A stretch of 64,000 nucleotides of DNA from Macrostomum lignano (taxonomy: Eukaryota): assembly GCA_002269645.1 (NCBI GenBank), contig NIVC01000976.1:332415-396414 (forward strand), in the 5' to 3' direction. This document shows, piece after piece, positions 1 to 12,108 of this stretch (its first letter is position 1; the number at the start of each line of letters is the position of its first letter). A model generated the notes under the pieces. The model worked only from the letters and a program-made list of their open reading frames with translations. It was not told the origin of the DNA and ran no database searches. Both the position numbers and the translations under genes were made by a program.

Positions 1-1337
1 GAATCCCTCCCCCCACATTACCCTTCTACTCCAAAATACCATACAAGGTAAACGCTACCCTTGAACACTCACACCCCTCCATACACTCAGCTGCCTGACC
101 CCATCTCCAGGCCCCTCCCTCATCCGGCCTGCCCAACCCCAACCCTGGGCTGCTCCACCAATCTCTCGGCCCACCCCTGCCTCACTCAACCTCTGGTCTG
201 ACCCACCTCGTCACCGAGGTCTCCCCTCTCGTCTCCGTGGCCATACTGTACCATTTTCCTACTACTAATAACTAATTCGAAATAATACTCGTAATTTCAC
301 TATGGTTTTTAGACAAGAAAGTTATTTAAATGCATTGACCACTCGAGTTCCTCACCCTTGACTCTCCCAATAACTAATTTTACAGAGAATTTTACAGAGA
401 TTAGATTTAACTAATCTTAAATTACTATTAATAGCTTTCGCAACCATAGGCTACTCGATATCTCGAAAAGAACGGAGTAGCAACCTGTTCGCAGTTTTAA
501 CCAGTGTCTTCCTGCACTCACGAAGGTGAACTCGCTTTCGCTGGCCCAGTTATTGAATTTGATCGTTCGCGATTGCGAGTCTTCCGCTTGTATTGATCCG
601 CTTTAGCTCCCTGAAATTTGCTTTCAACTCTCTTCCTGAAAAAGTCTCGCGCAGCCACAGCAGCAGCATTCCGCTCTTCTCTGTGCAAAGCAGGACAGCC
701 CCCGTTCATACGCCAGCGCTGCAATTTGGTCAGAGTCGCCTCTCAAACCCGAAGCGTTTGCCTATGGGGTGTCGCAACTGCGCGCGCGGAGAAACCAAAA
801 AATCGTTTTTGCGACTTTCCAATGAATGAGAAGCAACAGCCTGGCTCGCCACGATCAACTCGACACTCGATGAATCAGGAAACATTTCGACTGCTGTGGC
901 TAAACTCTGCTGGCTCAACGGTAAGTTTCATGAGTGCGCTTTCTTGATGTGTACAGTGCAGTGCAGTGTAGTAAGAGATGTACTTACAATTTAGTCCGTT
1001 CGGTATGTTCTGGTTACGAGCGCGATTTGGGTAACAAAGAACTGTATAATTGACTCCTCGAGTCCTTGACTCCTAGACTACGAGTAGACTGATGCAAATA
1101 TTTTGTTGCATCCTGCCTCCTTTCTATTCGGCAGCGATTTCTTAACGCCATCTCTTTTAGAAGGCGAATAATTGGGAAAGACTAATTCGCTTCCATTTTC
1201 ATCGCCTTTTTGTACTAGCTCGTACGAGCTGGTTATCTCGATTTTTTTCTATCTGAGCAATATTTTGTATTTTGCTTCCCAATGAGAGTTCAGTGTCAGA
1301 ATTTCTTGGACATGAATGTTTTGCAGGTTTTTCTCTC

Positions 1338-1684
<347 letters not shown>

Positions 1685-1910
1685 AGAATAAAAGAGGCAT
1701 CATGGTTCATAAAAAAGCGAAAGTTCAAACAAAATACAGTAAGCGTAATTTTTCACATAAAAAATTAATATGGGAATTGCTTAGATGTGAAGGCTCTATA
1801 ATTGCTCAAATATGCGGTCCACGAGACCAGGTTCTTCTCAACGCAAAAGTGCACTGCATTACAAAGCCGTATTAGCTCCTAATAAAATCGCCTAATCAAC
1901 TCAATCAGAT

Positions 1911-3222
1911 ATGCTGCGTCAGCTACTTCGCCATCTTGCTCGACAGCAGCCCCTGAGCTGGAGGTTCATTTTCTGCGCTGTAATCGCAGTAGCAACCCTC
2001 TTGACGATTTGCACTGCACCCATGAGAATTCGGTCGTTGAACAATGACTTCCCAAAGATGGGCTGCCTTTCGTCCAGTAGACTGCCATTAGCTCGTAAAA
2101 TCCCAAGCAGTCTGTTTCGACATCTCGGCAACTGGAGCTTTGAGGAGCCGGCAAGACTAGCCAAGTTGTGTCGCCCAGACGCCAGACAAACGAATCACGA
2201 GTTTCCAGTGAAGCGAGCCTCATTTCCACAGACTCTGTTAGCAATTGTTCCGATCACTTCGGAAATGTCTGAGCAGCGGAAAGATCTGAGGCGAGTATTG
2301 AGCTTGCGTTTCAAACTTTTATTAAAATAATTCGTTTTTCAAGTGAAAAAGAGAAAAGGGGCAAAATTAGCACGCCTAAGATCCCACTTAATTGCCTTCC
2401 AGACTGACATGGGGCTCCGAATTGAACAAGAACTTCGGCCAGCTACTATTCCTAGTGCAGCTGGAGTGGGGCACCTCACCACCAAAGGAACTGATGCTGG
2501 AAAACCAAAGGCAGCAGGATATCCTGATTGCCTATCACAATGGTGAGCCCAGAGGTGACTCCTATGGTACGCTGGTGCTAAAGATGATCGCCGGATTGCA
2601 ATGGTACGCCAAAGCCTGCCGTCGGGGATTTAAATTTGTGCTCAAATCGGACTACGACTCCTACTGGAACGTTGAGTCTCTTGTCAACCTGCTCCTTCGG
2701 CATCGACATTCGGAGCCGCTCGTGCTCGGCTCAGTTCAGGAGAGCGCCTCTGTGCTTCGCGATCCGCAGTCAGATTTCTACGTATCGCAGGAGGCCTACT
2801 CAGACAGTCACTTCCCTGCATACGTGTCGGGAGGACCTGGCTACGCGATGTCCCGAGCCGCGGCCGTGTCCATCGCCAGCTTGGCCGAGTATCACGTGCC
2901 TCGCAATGGCGCTCTGTGGCTGGAGGACGTATACATTACTGGGCTGCTTCCGGCTGTGGGCTACTCAACCTGCAACGGCAGCTCAAGTTCCGCATTTTTG
3001 CACCTGCACTCGGACTATGTATATATCTGTCGCTACATGGAGTTTACAGCCGAAATGGTGACGCGGTGGCCACCACTGGCCATGCACCGAGTGCGCGGGC
3101 GTCAACTGCACGATCTGCACGCTTGGGCGCGCAGTGCGGGTGCAGCTGAGATCGCTCAGAAAAAGCATAGCATTGTGTACAGCAGGAAACTGTGTGAGAA
3201 AACTGGCAAATCACTACTATGA
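1911..3222 (+). CDS. Beta-1,3-galactosyltransferase/GlcNAc-transferase family (GT31, Galactosyl_T) type II membrane protein, 2 exons join(1911-2290,2403-3222), 399 aa
   Basis: N-terminal signal-anchor (FIFCAVIAVATLLTIC). GT31 motifs in order: LLAIVP, RKDLR|LTWG, LLFLV, DSYGTLVLK, FVLKSDYDSYWN (DxD), YVS..AY..SHFPAYVSGGPGYAMS, LEDVYITG. Splicing AG|GCGAGT (2291) to TTCCAG| (2402) joins ORFs 1911 and 2392 in frame. Confidence 0.9.
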
Positions 3223-4125
3223 TATTGCTCTTGGCTTCATAAATTCTGTGCAGTGCTCGAAATGTTGTATGAAATATATATCTGCATGCTGACAGTTTTG
3301 CGCCAATGCGAAATACTCTCATGGTTTCATGAATAATTTAAATCTGACTCGAAAGGTTCTTAAGGTACATTTTTAGCTTAAAACATTAAGTCGTACAGAA
3401 ACGTGCGACTAACCTTGTGGACGACTAAAAGTAAAATGACGCTCGAGCGAATGTTACTAGATTTAGAGGCCGGAATTCGCTGCTAAAAATGATTTTCGAG
3501 GGAAATGAAGTTTTTATATCGTTAGCACTAAATTGGCATACCTAAGAGTTCTCATACTTCTGAATTTTCGATTGAAAATCGAACAAGTATGTATTGCCCA
3601 CAGATTCTATGACACTAGATGTGTCAATTCAATGTAAAAAAGTGGTCATTTGGCCTTTCTAGCCGCGCAACGCTCTACCTTGTCGCTCTTCATCGTCGAG
3701 CTCATCAACGCATTGAACTGGATCTTCGTCACCCGTTTGAGCTTGATGCGGTAGCATTTTTTGCAGAGATGGTAGAGCGTTCCAACACCGCGTTCTCATA
3801 ACTTTGACCCGGAGGGCACGAATAGGCGACATCTTCTAAGTGCCTGTAGCGCACCATTAGGTTTCTTGCGCAAACGGACTTCAGAGTCTCATTCGCCAGT
3901 CGTAGAATATGCAGTAAGTTTGTTGCGATCGAGTCACTCAGCGGAAATTTCTGCGATTTCACACAATGATGTGCAATCGGGTAGCTCGTACGCTTCAGGG
4001 CACCTGAATACGCAACACATCTTGGAATGCATGACTAACAGATGTTCAAGCTCTGTTGCAGATGAGGGCGAGTCGGCTGTAGGTGACGGCAGTGGGAGAT
4101 TATTCAGTATGTCTTTGATATAGAT

Positions 4126-4210
4126 CACGGGTCGGCAAACTCCGGCCCGCGGCCACATGAGGCCTCTCCATAATGCTTTGAAACTTCACAATAACAATCC
4201 GGCCCGCTCA
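4126..4210 (+). mobile_element. Terminal fragment of a hAT/Charlie-type non-autonomous DNA transposon
   Basis: CACGGGTCGGCAAACTCCGGCCCGCGGCCACATG...AATCCGGCCCGC resembles the CAGGGGTCGGCAAACT..GGCCCGCGGGCC termini of Charlie-like hAT elements; no matching right end found. Confidence 0.45.
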
Positions 4211-4212
4211 AA

Positions 4213-4440
4213 TCTTGTCTCTCCCTTCTTCTCTCTCCCCTCTTCTCTCTCCCCTCTACCTCTTCTCTTTCCCCTCTCCCTCTTCTATCTCCCCTCTCCC
4301 GTCTCTTCTCTCCTCTTTCCCATCTCTTCTCTCCATTCTCCCCTCTCCTTTCTCCTCTCCCCCATCTCCTTTTTCCTCTTCTCTTCTCTCTCTTGTCTCA
4401 TCTCATCTCTCGCTTCTCCTCTCTTCTCTCATATTCTATT
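4213..4440. repeat. Polypyrimidine (CT-rich) low-complexity tract
   Basis: About 230 bp composed almost entirely of C and T on the + strand. Confidence 0.9.
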
Positions 4441-5267
4441 CCGTCTGCTTTCCACTCTCATCTGGCCCAAAGCCACGAGCTGGATTTATAAACTCAGTTA
4501 GAGGCATAGTTTTATAAACTCAACCCTATATCTAGGTTTAAGATCCCAGTTCGCCTGGTGCGCCCACAGATACTATAAACACTAGATAGGCCACTCCAGC
4601 TAATTTTCACAACACGACAGTTTACTCTACTTTCTGCTTAGTAGTAGTAAAAACATTTTAGCGTTATTTATATTTTTTTAAAATAAAAAAACAGATGAAT
4701 GCAATGCAGCAATTGTATTGATTTTTTGCAAAAAGAAACTTATAATTATACTTTCCACAATTCAAAGCAACATTGTGAATGCTTTAGATTGCATAGAAGG
4801 CTATATTATTGCAGTCTACTATTGTATATTTAGCAAATACGAGCTATATCATATACTCCATAATCCATATTCGTGAAGCAAAATAGAAAGATTTCTCATC
4901 TTAATCAGCTCATCTGTTTGTGAAACTCGCAGCGTGCTGTCAAAGAACAGGGTCGCCAGTCGCCCTTGTTCAGAGGCAGCATTCAGAACGGCCCAACAGA
5001 TGAAAAAAACTGGCGAATGCGCCACTTCAAGGTCCAGGGATGTATCCGATGGAGCCAATCCTCAGTGGTTTCGTAACAGGCAGCCGATAAGCAGCAGGAC
5101 TTTTGTGGTGCAGCTGCAATGAGCTGCTGATGAGATGACATCCTTTGACCAGAGCACCCCTGACTGCGAGCGCCCTGCCGCCCAGTCGACCGCTGGAAGC
5201 TGCGCTAGCCACGCCTCCACAGTCCATGGATGCACGACTGCGCTGCACTTGCCTTGACCATCGAGAG

Positions 5268-5528
5268 TTGCCGCTGCAGCCGCTTGATTTGCCTGTCGCT
5301 TTCGGGATTGCCGCTGCAGCCGCTTGATTTGCCTGTCGCTTTCGGGATTGCCGCTGCAGCCGCTTGATTTGCCTGTCGCTTTCGGGATTGCCGCTGCAGC
5401 CGCTTGATTTGCCTGTCGCTTTCGGGATTGCCGCTGCAGCCGCTTGATTCGCCTGTCACTTTCGGGATTGCCGCTGCAGCCGCTTGATTCGCCTGTCACT
5501 TTCGGGATCGTTGCTGCAGCCGCTTGAT
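5268..5528. repeat. 40-bp minisatellite, ~6.5 copies (TTGCCGCTGCAGCCGCTTGATTTGCCTGTCGCTTTCGGGA)
   Basis: Exact 40-bp periodicity visible from 5268; near-identical copies. Confidence 0.97.
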
Positions 5529-6601
5529 CTTTGCCTCTAGCGCTTGGAACCCGCGAATCGGCTGCAGAGGTGAGAGCTTTCAGCCGCAACAGCTGTTCTC
5601 GGCGCAGAATCTGGTAGCCGAAGGTTGCTCTGCCACAGCACTGGCAGCAGGCAAGTCGCAGGCTCGGCTGCAGATAGATTGCTAATTGGCCCCAGCACTG
5701 GAGGGTACATGTCGTCTGCCTCTTCATCGTTTATCAGTCCTTTGCACAGAGGGTAGCTGGTCTATTTGAACGAGCCGAGGCAGCATCAACTCTTGGTGTG
5801 GGATTGCGTCCCAGCGAAAACAGATGTCTTGCACATCCGTGGCACTTTGTAAGGCAGCAGTAGGCCTCGTCCATAAAGTGCAAGCTGAACACACGGAGGC
5901 CCCGTGATTTAATTGTTTATAAAGATCAATATCCACGCTCCTGTAGTAGCTGCTGCCAGCGCTTCGCCAGTGTCATCTTTTGGTAATTTATGCATTCGCA
6001 ACGGATTTTTCTTTCTCGGATGTTAATAGCACTAGTACAAAGCTCGTGCAAGTGGGAGCACAGCAGTGGTTCGAATCAAAACATTTCTCGAGTACAAGAT
6101 TAGATAGAAAAGCTAGTATGCACTCGAACTTTCTTTAACTCTGACTCTTGTCCTGTTCATCTATATAAGCTTGTATTTAAGCACGATTCGCCACCCCCAA
6201 ATTTTCTAACCCACAACCTCTCAACCCCCACCCCACCCCTAACCCAGGCTAGCTATGTGCAGTCCTTTATTTTCTATCCCACCACCAGTAGGCCTAAATT
6301 ATCGATCCACTCACCCTGCCTTATACGAAACTGATATTAACCCTATTCCAGACTACCCCCCTTCCTCCACTTTGAAAGATAGCGGCATTGCACACTGTCT
6401 GTCGCGTCTTAATGTACACCATTACTGCACAAAACAAGTTAGTTGTTTATGGCGTTAGCAAAACGATGTCTTAAAAACAGTCACTCGATTTGTCTAATTT
6501 AGCAAATAATACTGTTGCTTCCTTTCATTGCTACTAAGCAGAAAGTAGAATAAAAAACTTGCCCAGAAAATTAGCCTGAGTGGCCTATCTAGTGTTTATA
6601 G

Positions 6602-7855
6602 TATCTGTGGGTGCGCCTAGACAAGGATTTCTGTCGTGCTGGTGCGCAGTCCAGGCAGGCTGACGTATTCAGAACCACAAGACTAATTGTGTGGGATGAG
6701 ATCTCCATGGCTGACCTCAATGACATGGAGGCCGTTGACCGGACTCTGTGGGACATCCGGAAGCAGGATTCGCTATTTGGCGGAATCGTGCTGGTGTGCT
6801 GCGGAGACATCCGGCAGTTGCTTCCGGTGGTGCAGAAAGGAACCAGGGCCAACAGCGTCCAGGCGTGCGTCAATAGGTCCAGCCTGTGGAGATCATTCCG
6901 ACGGCACCGCCTGACTCGAAACCTGCGGCTGCTGAGCGGCTCCGATGCTGCGCTGTGTCAGCGCTACTCAAAGCTGCTTATGCAGTTAATTGCTTTGAGC
7001 TGCGTGTAAATATTTTTTATGACATTGTTAGTAAAGAGAAGATATAAAGGGCTAAACGTGCTGTTTAATTCGGGATATACTTTGAAGGTTCGATTCTTTC
7101 GGTTTTCTCCATGCAGATCGGTTCCAGCACTATCCAGAAAGATAGAGCTGCTTCCTCCAGAGATCCTGATGCCGTCCAATGCCTCGCTGAAGGACTTGAT
7201 CCAGTTTTTCTACCCATCGTTCGACGCATCTGCGGATAGAGACGGCCATTTCGCCGGCGGAGCCATCCTGGTGCCTTAAAATGAGTCCGTGGACGCGATC
7301 AACGATGAGTGTCTGGCCTTGTTCCCTAGCAGCCTGCGGGAGTAACGGTCTGTGGACAGCGTGTCCGATGAAGACTCCGCCACACACTTCCCACCAGAGC
7401 TGCTGAACCGGCTAGAGGCGCCGAACCTGCCAAAGCACCTGCTTAAGTTTAAGGTGGGCATGACGGTGGTTTTGCTGCGGAACCCAAACCCACCTCGGCT
7501 ATGCAATTGCACGCGATTGATTGTTCTGGCACTGGGAGACAATGTACTCCGCTGCAAAGTGGCAGCTGGCCACTTCGCAGGCGATGAGGTGCTGCCGCAT
7601 CGCATCCCGCTGGAGCCGAACAATGTTTTTAAGCGGTTGCGGTTTCCTCAGAGACCCAGCTCCTGCCTGTCGATCCACAAGTCGCAGGGCCAGTCGCTGG
7701 AGACCGTTGGCTTTGACCTTACGGTAGGCGTGCTCACACACGGCCAGCTGTACACGGCGCTGTCTCGAGCGAAATATGCAGGAAATGTTTGCGTTCGGAT
7801 TAGCGGTAAAAAGACGCGAAATATTGTGTACCCGGAGGTGCTCTCTGCAGATTAG
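6602..7855 (+). pseudogene. Decayed Helitron RepHel C-terminal PIF1-family helicase
   Basis: Motifs LIVWDEISM, FGGIVLVCCGDIRQLLPVV, LTRNLR, LLMQ|IG, GAILVP*NESVDAIN, FPPELLNRL...LPKHLLKFKVGMTVVLLRN, LCNCTRL, IHKSQGQSL, HGQLYTALSR, TRNIVYPEVL*. Stops at 7277 and 7343, a frameshift near 7140 and a 125-bp insert (6986-7110). Walker A and Rep domain absent. Confidence 0.9.
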
Positions 7856-8440
7856 ACTGCCAGCTTTTGATTTTCAGTTTCAGAACTGTGATGTTCACAT
7901 TTTTAGCTTAAACCATTTTCAGTTTCCTTTGTTTACGTAATGGTGACTTGCCTTGACAACTATGCAGCAAGCAGTATTTAAGGGCAAGAAACTGAACAAA
8001 ACGAATAAAGCGCTACGAGCGTACCATTAAAGCAGGGCCTCAATTCGGGCCCCAAAATTTATGAGAGCGTTAGCTTGATCCTGTGCATCCAACTAAATGC
8101 TTTTCTGGAAATCTTACTGCATGCTGCCGCATCAAGAAAGGTAGGTCTTCCTCCCTCACGGTTAACAAAAACCCCTGTTGAGCAGTAATCAAGGCAGCAA
8201 GAACCAGACAAGTGGCTTTATCTGGAATAAAATTCAGGTAGGCTAAAAGTCATTGTTGTTACTAGACATTTACTAGACATTGCTAGACATTTTTTATTGA
8301 ACTAAATCAGCCTCAGCAAGGCGATTAATTGCTTACTTCTAAGTCACGACAAGAGGGAGGTGGCTTAATTTTTTGGAAGCTATCAATGTCAAAAGGCCTA
8401 GCTTCCGTCGCACCAGTAAGTTCTCTTTACTGGGGAACTG

Positions 8441-8592
8441 CTGAGATGTCAAGGCTTTTGGGGATTTCTGAGATGTCAAGGTCTACGGCGGGACTTGCCG
8501 AGATGTCAAGGCTCACTAGGGAAATTTCTGAGATGTCAAGGCTTTCGGGTTGACTTCTGAGATGTTAAAGCTGACGGGGGATCGCTGAGATT
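8441..8592 (+). repeat. Degenerate 27-30-bp repeat array with core GAGATGTCAAGG (5-6 copies)
   Basis: Core at 8443, 8470, 8500, 8530, 8559 (variant) and 8587 (partial); reverse complement of the CCTTGACATCTC sub-repeat in the 56.4-64 kb elements. Confidence 0.8.
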
Positions 8593-9395
8593 GCTTGTTT
8601 TCGGCGGATGTTTGCTGTTTGGAGATGCTTGCTTTTGGGGGATGCTTGCTACGCTCGTATTTAGGGATTTCTGCTATCGAGGATGCTTTCCATCGGATGA
8701 TGCTTGCTATCTGAGAATTTTTGAAACCGAAATCTGAATAAGAAAGAGATCAAACAATTCTACAGTGGAAATTTCACGATAAAGACAGCCTCGTGAAATG
8801 ATTTTGCGTGGAACAACTAAGGGATGGAGTTGGGATAGCAAGCCCCAACGGGCCTTACAATAAGACACAGTAGAATCAGTCAGAAATCAAACTCACCTCG
8901 ACCTTAGGTTCATATTAACTTACCTTATTTAATTTATCTGGGCATCGCATGCCAAATCTACAGGCTGGCTTCATAGTTATTAAATTGAGGGTCTAATTAT
9001 TTATCAAGATAATGCACAGCTCAGCGCCCAGACTTTGTAATTAACAGCCATTCGCGCACCGCACGTAAGTTTACCACACGCAAAAACTTCACGAATCGAT
9101 AATTTTCACACGAGTGCCCAGAAGTGTACATTGGCTGGCCAATCGCTGTTAGCGGGGCCGGGGTTGCTTTCCGCCGCCCCTGTGTTTGGGGTGGGCCTCA
9201 ATTTGTTTGGTGTTATCAATAAGGCCAGTTGATCAACGAAAACAGTGTACTTTGGTCGTCTTCTCTCTTACACAGCACCCCAAGTTGCGCAACATACAAA
9301 AGCTCAACTTAAGCTATTCTATTTAAGCAACTCTCCACCTAGTCTGACTGTCACATCAAAATTGATCGGCTATAAGGTTATTAACTATTTTAATA

Positions 9396-10324
9396 TACTC
9401 AGCAACATTGAAAAGTCGCCACCCTTTGTCCCAGTGAGCAGTGTCTTTCGACCAGCGTCTATCACCTAGCCAACCGTTCTGCACTCATTTAGTTATTTTT
9501 TATTCGTCTTTTTTGCATTCATTTTCGTTATGCGTCATTTTCACTCATTTTCTCTATTTTTTGTTCATTTCCTTCACCTATTACTCATTGGCTCATTTCG
9601 TCCCTACCCTCGTCTGCACCTAAACCCCCCGCCCCCTCTCTTGCGTCAATTCTCTACCACTCCCCGCATGCTGATTGGCTTCGCCGTGGCGTTCTGGCCG
9701 GGGCCGTGCGTTTGGTTTGCACTCCGCTCTCTCCCTGTCTGTCTGTCGGCTTAGGGTTGTTAGTTATTTCATCTTTGCATCTATATTATTAGGGTCGCCT
9801 CTTTGCTAGAGTTGTGTTTGCCCGAGGGCTGAAATACCGCACCTACATAACCTAACTAACATAAATAAATCAGAACAGTGGCCTACGGCTTGAACATGAG
9901 TAAGTTAAGTTATCAGAGCGACGACAGCAAGGAACCTCGAGTTCGGCGGCGGCCGAGTAAGTGTGCGAGTCTTTGGTGTGAGTTCTTTGGGGTCATTCGA
10001 CCCTGGTTGCTGGCCTCTAGTCTGTGAGTGCAGCGCGACTGAGAGTTGGTGAGCAAGTTGGAGTGCTGACCCTCCCCGCTCGTACTGAGCGTGAGCTAAG
10101 GCCGGCTGGTCCGTCTCGGGACACAACAAAATGCTTGGAAAAACCCAATGAAAACTAGGCGGAAGCTTCAATCCATCCAATATTCGCCCTCCGCTCTTCC
10201 CAATCCCTCCTCATCCAGCCCAACTCTGCGTCGCGTGGCGCAAGTTGCGTCACTCAAAAGTCAATACTGAGCTAGAATTTACTGCTCACTCTCAAAGGTG
10301 GCGACTTTTTTATTGTTGTTGAGT
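9396..10324 (-). mobile_element. TA-flanked MITE (same family as 38867-39156, inverted) split by an LTR-element insertion
   Basis: 9396-9475 and ~10128-10324 are reverse-complement matches to the two halves of the intact 290-bp copy at 38867-39156, including both TIRs. Confidence 0.85.
9476..10125 (+). mobile_element. Probable LTR (9476-9877) plus truncated 5' internal region of an LTR retrotransposon (BEL/Pao- or Gypsy-like)
   Basis: The insert begins GTTCTG and has AATAAA (9864) then CAGAACA (9871-9877), giving inverted (T)GTTCTG...CAGAACA termini, immediately followed by a PBS-like GTGGCC. No coding domain seen. Confidence 0.5.
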
Positions 10325-10627
10325 TTACCTCTTTTTATGTCAGAGAAAAAATCTATGTAATAATTTTGCTCTGTTTTGCGGTCTGCAATTGATTTTCTCG
10401 AGAACGACCTCGCCAATCCTATCCTATGAGTTGTCTATATGTCAGTTGTCAGTGCACTTGCTGCTGCTGGTATGTATTTTTAATTACAAAACAATACAAT
10501 TACAAAACAAAAACAAATGTTAAATTGATTAACATTTAATCAAATGCTCATTTTAGAAAAAGCTTAACTTGTTGGAAGTCGAAAAAATAAATACCCCATT
10601 CTACCCCAAATCAGTTGACTAATACGT

Positions 10628-10845
10628 GTACCCCATGGGGTACTAATTGGGGTAAAAAACCGTGTATCAGCCAGCGTGCATACAATACGTATTGCTGCAC
10701 GCTAGCTGATGTCTATGGTATGACAATGTGAGAGAAGCACGGCTTGCTTATGCAGTAACGCCATAGACTCGTGCGCTACTACTACCACGAGTGTGCGTAG
10801 CACACTGAGTGTCCACGGCGTTGCTGGACGAGCAAGCCGCGTGCG
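10628..10845. repeat. Cluster of short palindromes/hairpins (MITE-like relics)
   Basis: Perfect 16-bp palindrome GTACCCCATGGGGTAC (10628-10643); 45-bp near-perfect hairpin 10666-10710; GCACGGCTTGCT...AGCAAGCCGCGTGC inverted pair ~10735-10845. Confidence 0.75.
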
Positions 10846-11875
10846 CTATCTCCCGATTGAGTTGACACATCTAGTGCTTTTAGGATCCGTGGTCAAGCCT
10901 CAAGTTTTGAAAGAAAGCTATAGAAATAGTCACCAAGTTTAAACTACCCAAATAAAAAGTCACTGACTACTATTGAGTAGCAAGCGTTTGAATATACTCC
11001 GATTTTCATTTTACTGGTAAGACAGCATAGCTGTGGACTGACAATCTCTAAATCGAATTAATTTTTTTAGCTGAGCATATAATCTGTGGCTTGCTCTCTC
11101 GAGTAAACTTAAACGCTTGGCCATAGAATTCTATAGGCCGTTCCGTTTTGCATGCCCACTGTTCCACATGGCGCGACAAAAGCAATACCAACAGTCGCTA
11201 GACAAGATCAATTTGGTCAAAACAAAATTGCCGAGTGAACCGCGGTGGCTGATGCAGCATTTACTCTCAGCAAGCTGCCAATCGAAATGCACGAGCATAC
11301 AGAGCAGAGATGAAAAGAATACGTTTCGAAAAAAATCACGCAATTAAAAACCTTGTTATTGAGGTAAAGACAACAATAAAATTTGAGGTAAGAGAGCATC
11401 GCATCGAAGTACGCGTCATCAAAGAGCTGTTTTGTATTGTACAGACATCGAACATAATAGAGTATAAATATTCATAGCGCTAAACCGCTTAACAGTTCGA
11501 AGGAATGGTGAGGTTAAACTAAAAGTACTGCTAACAGACCTTTGCACATTAATTTGAGGTTTAGGATGATCTGTTTTAGTTTTATGACAGACTATTGATG
11601 GCAGAAGAGTAAGGCATGCATATGCTGCTTGCTCATAAGAGGTAGCTCGTAGTAGAACTGCCTCACTGTCCCGCGGTCTGTGAGGTGATGCCACCAATGC
11701 TCTGCGATGCATATGAGACGCGAATGAAAAAGCTACGCTGCTTTCAATAAAAGTACACATTACGTCATACAATCTACGATAAAGGCAAAACGGAAGCTCG
11801 AGCTAATTTTAAGCTGCCGCTAACTTTTGGTCTACACTGAATTGTAAGACCGAATTTCAATTAGCAGTGCCGAAA

Positions 11876-12070
11876 TCAGACGTAGGAGACTCCCCTGGGC
11901 GGGTACACCATCGGTTCTTCCTCTCTGACACCCTCCAACTGCCGGCCGCTTCCTGGCGCTGTCGCTGCCGACCCTGCTGATGCCGGCGTTGCGGTTGCCG
12001 GTGGCATCGGTGACGGGCAGGAGTTCGGCTGGTAAAAGTACAAATCGCTGAACTGGCTAAAGCGGACCGT

Positions 12071-12108
<38 letters not shown>

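Noticed and set aside
518-947. Overlapping ORFs on both strands with good splice donors (GTAAGT at 921 on +, GTGAGT near 520 on -)
   Set aside because: No recognisable domain and no partner exon could be assigned; may be UTR exons or a decayed TE.
3729-4158. Possible BTB/BACK-like fragment across two minus-strand frames (AYELPDCTSLCE / TNLLHILRLANETLKSVC)
   Set aside because: Requires a frameshift, similarity is only by eye, and there is no supporting exon structure.
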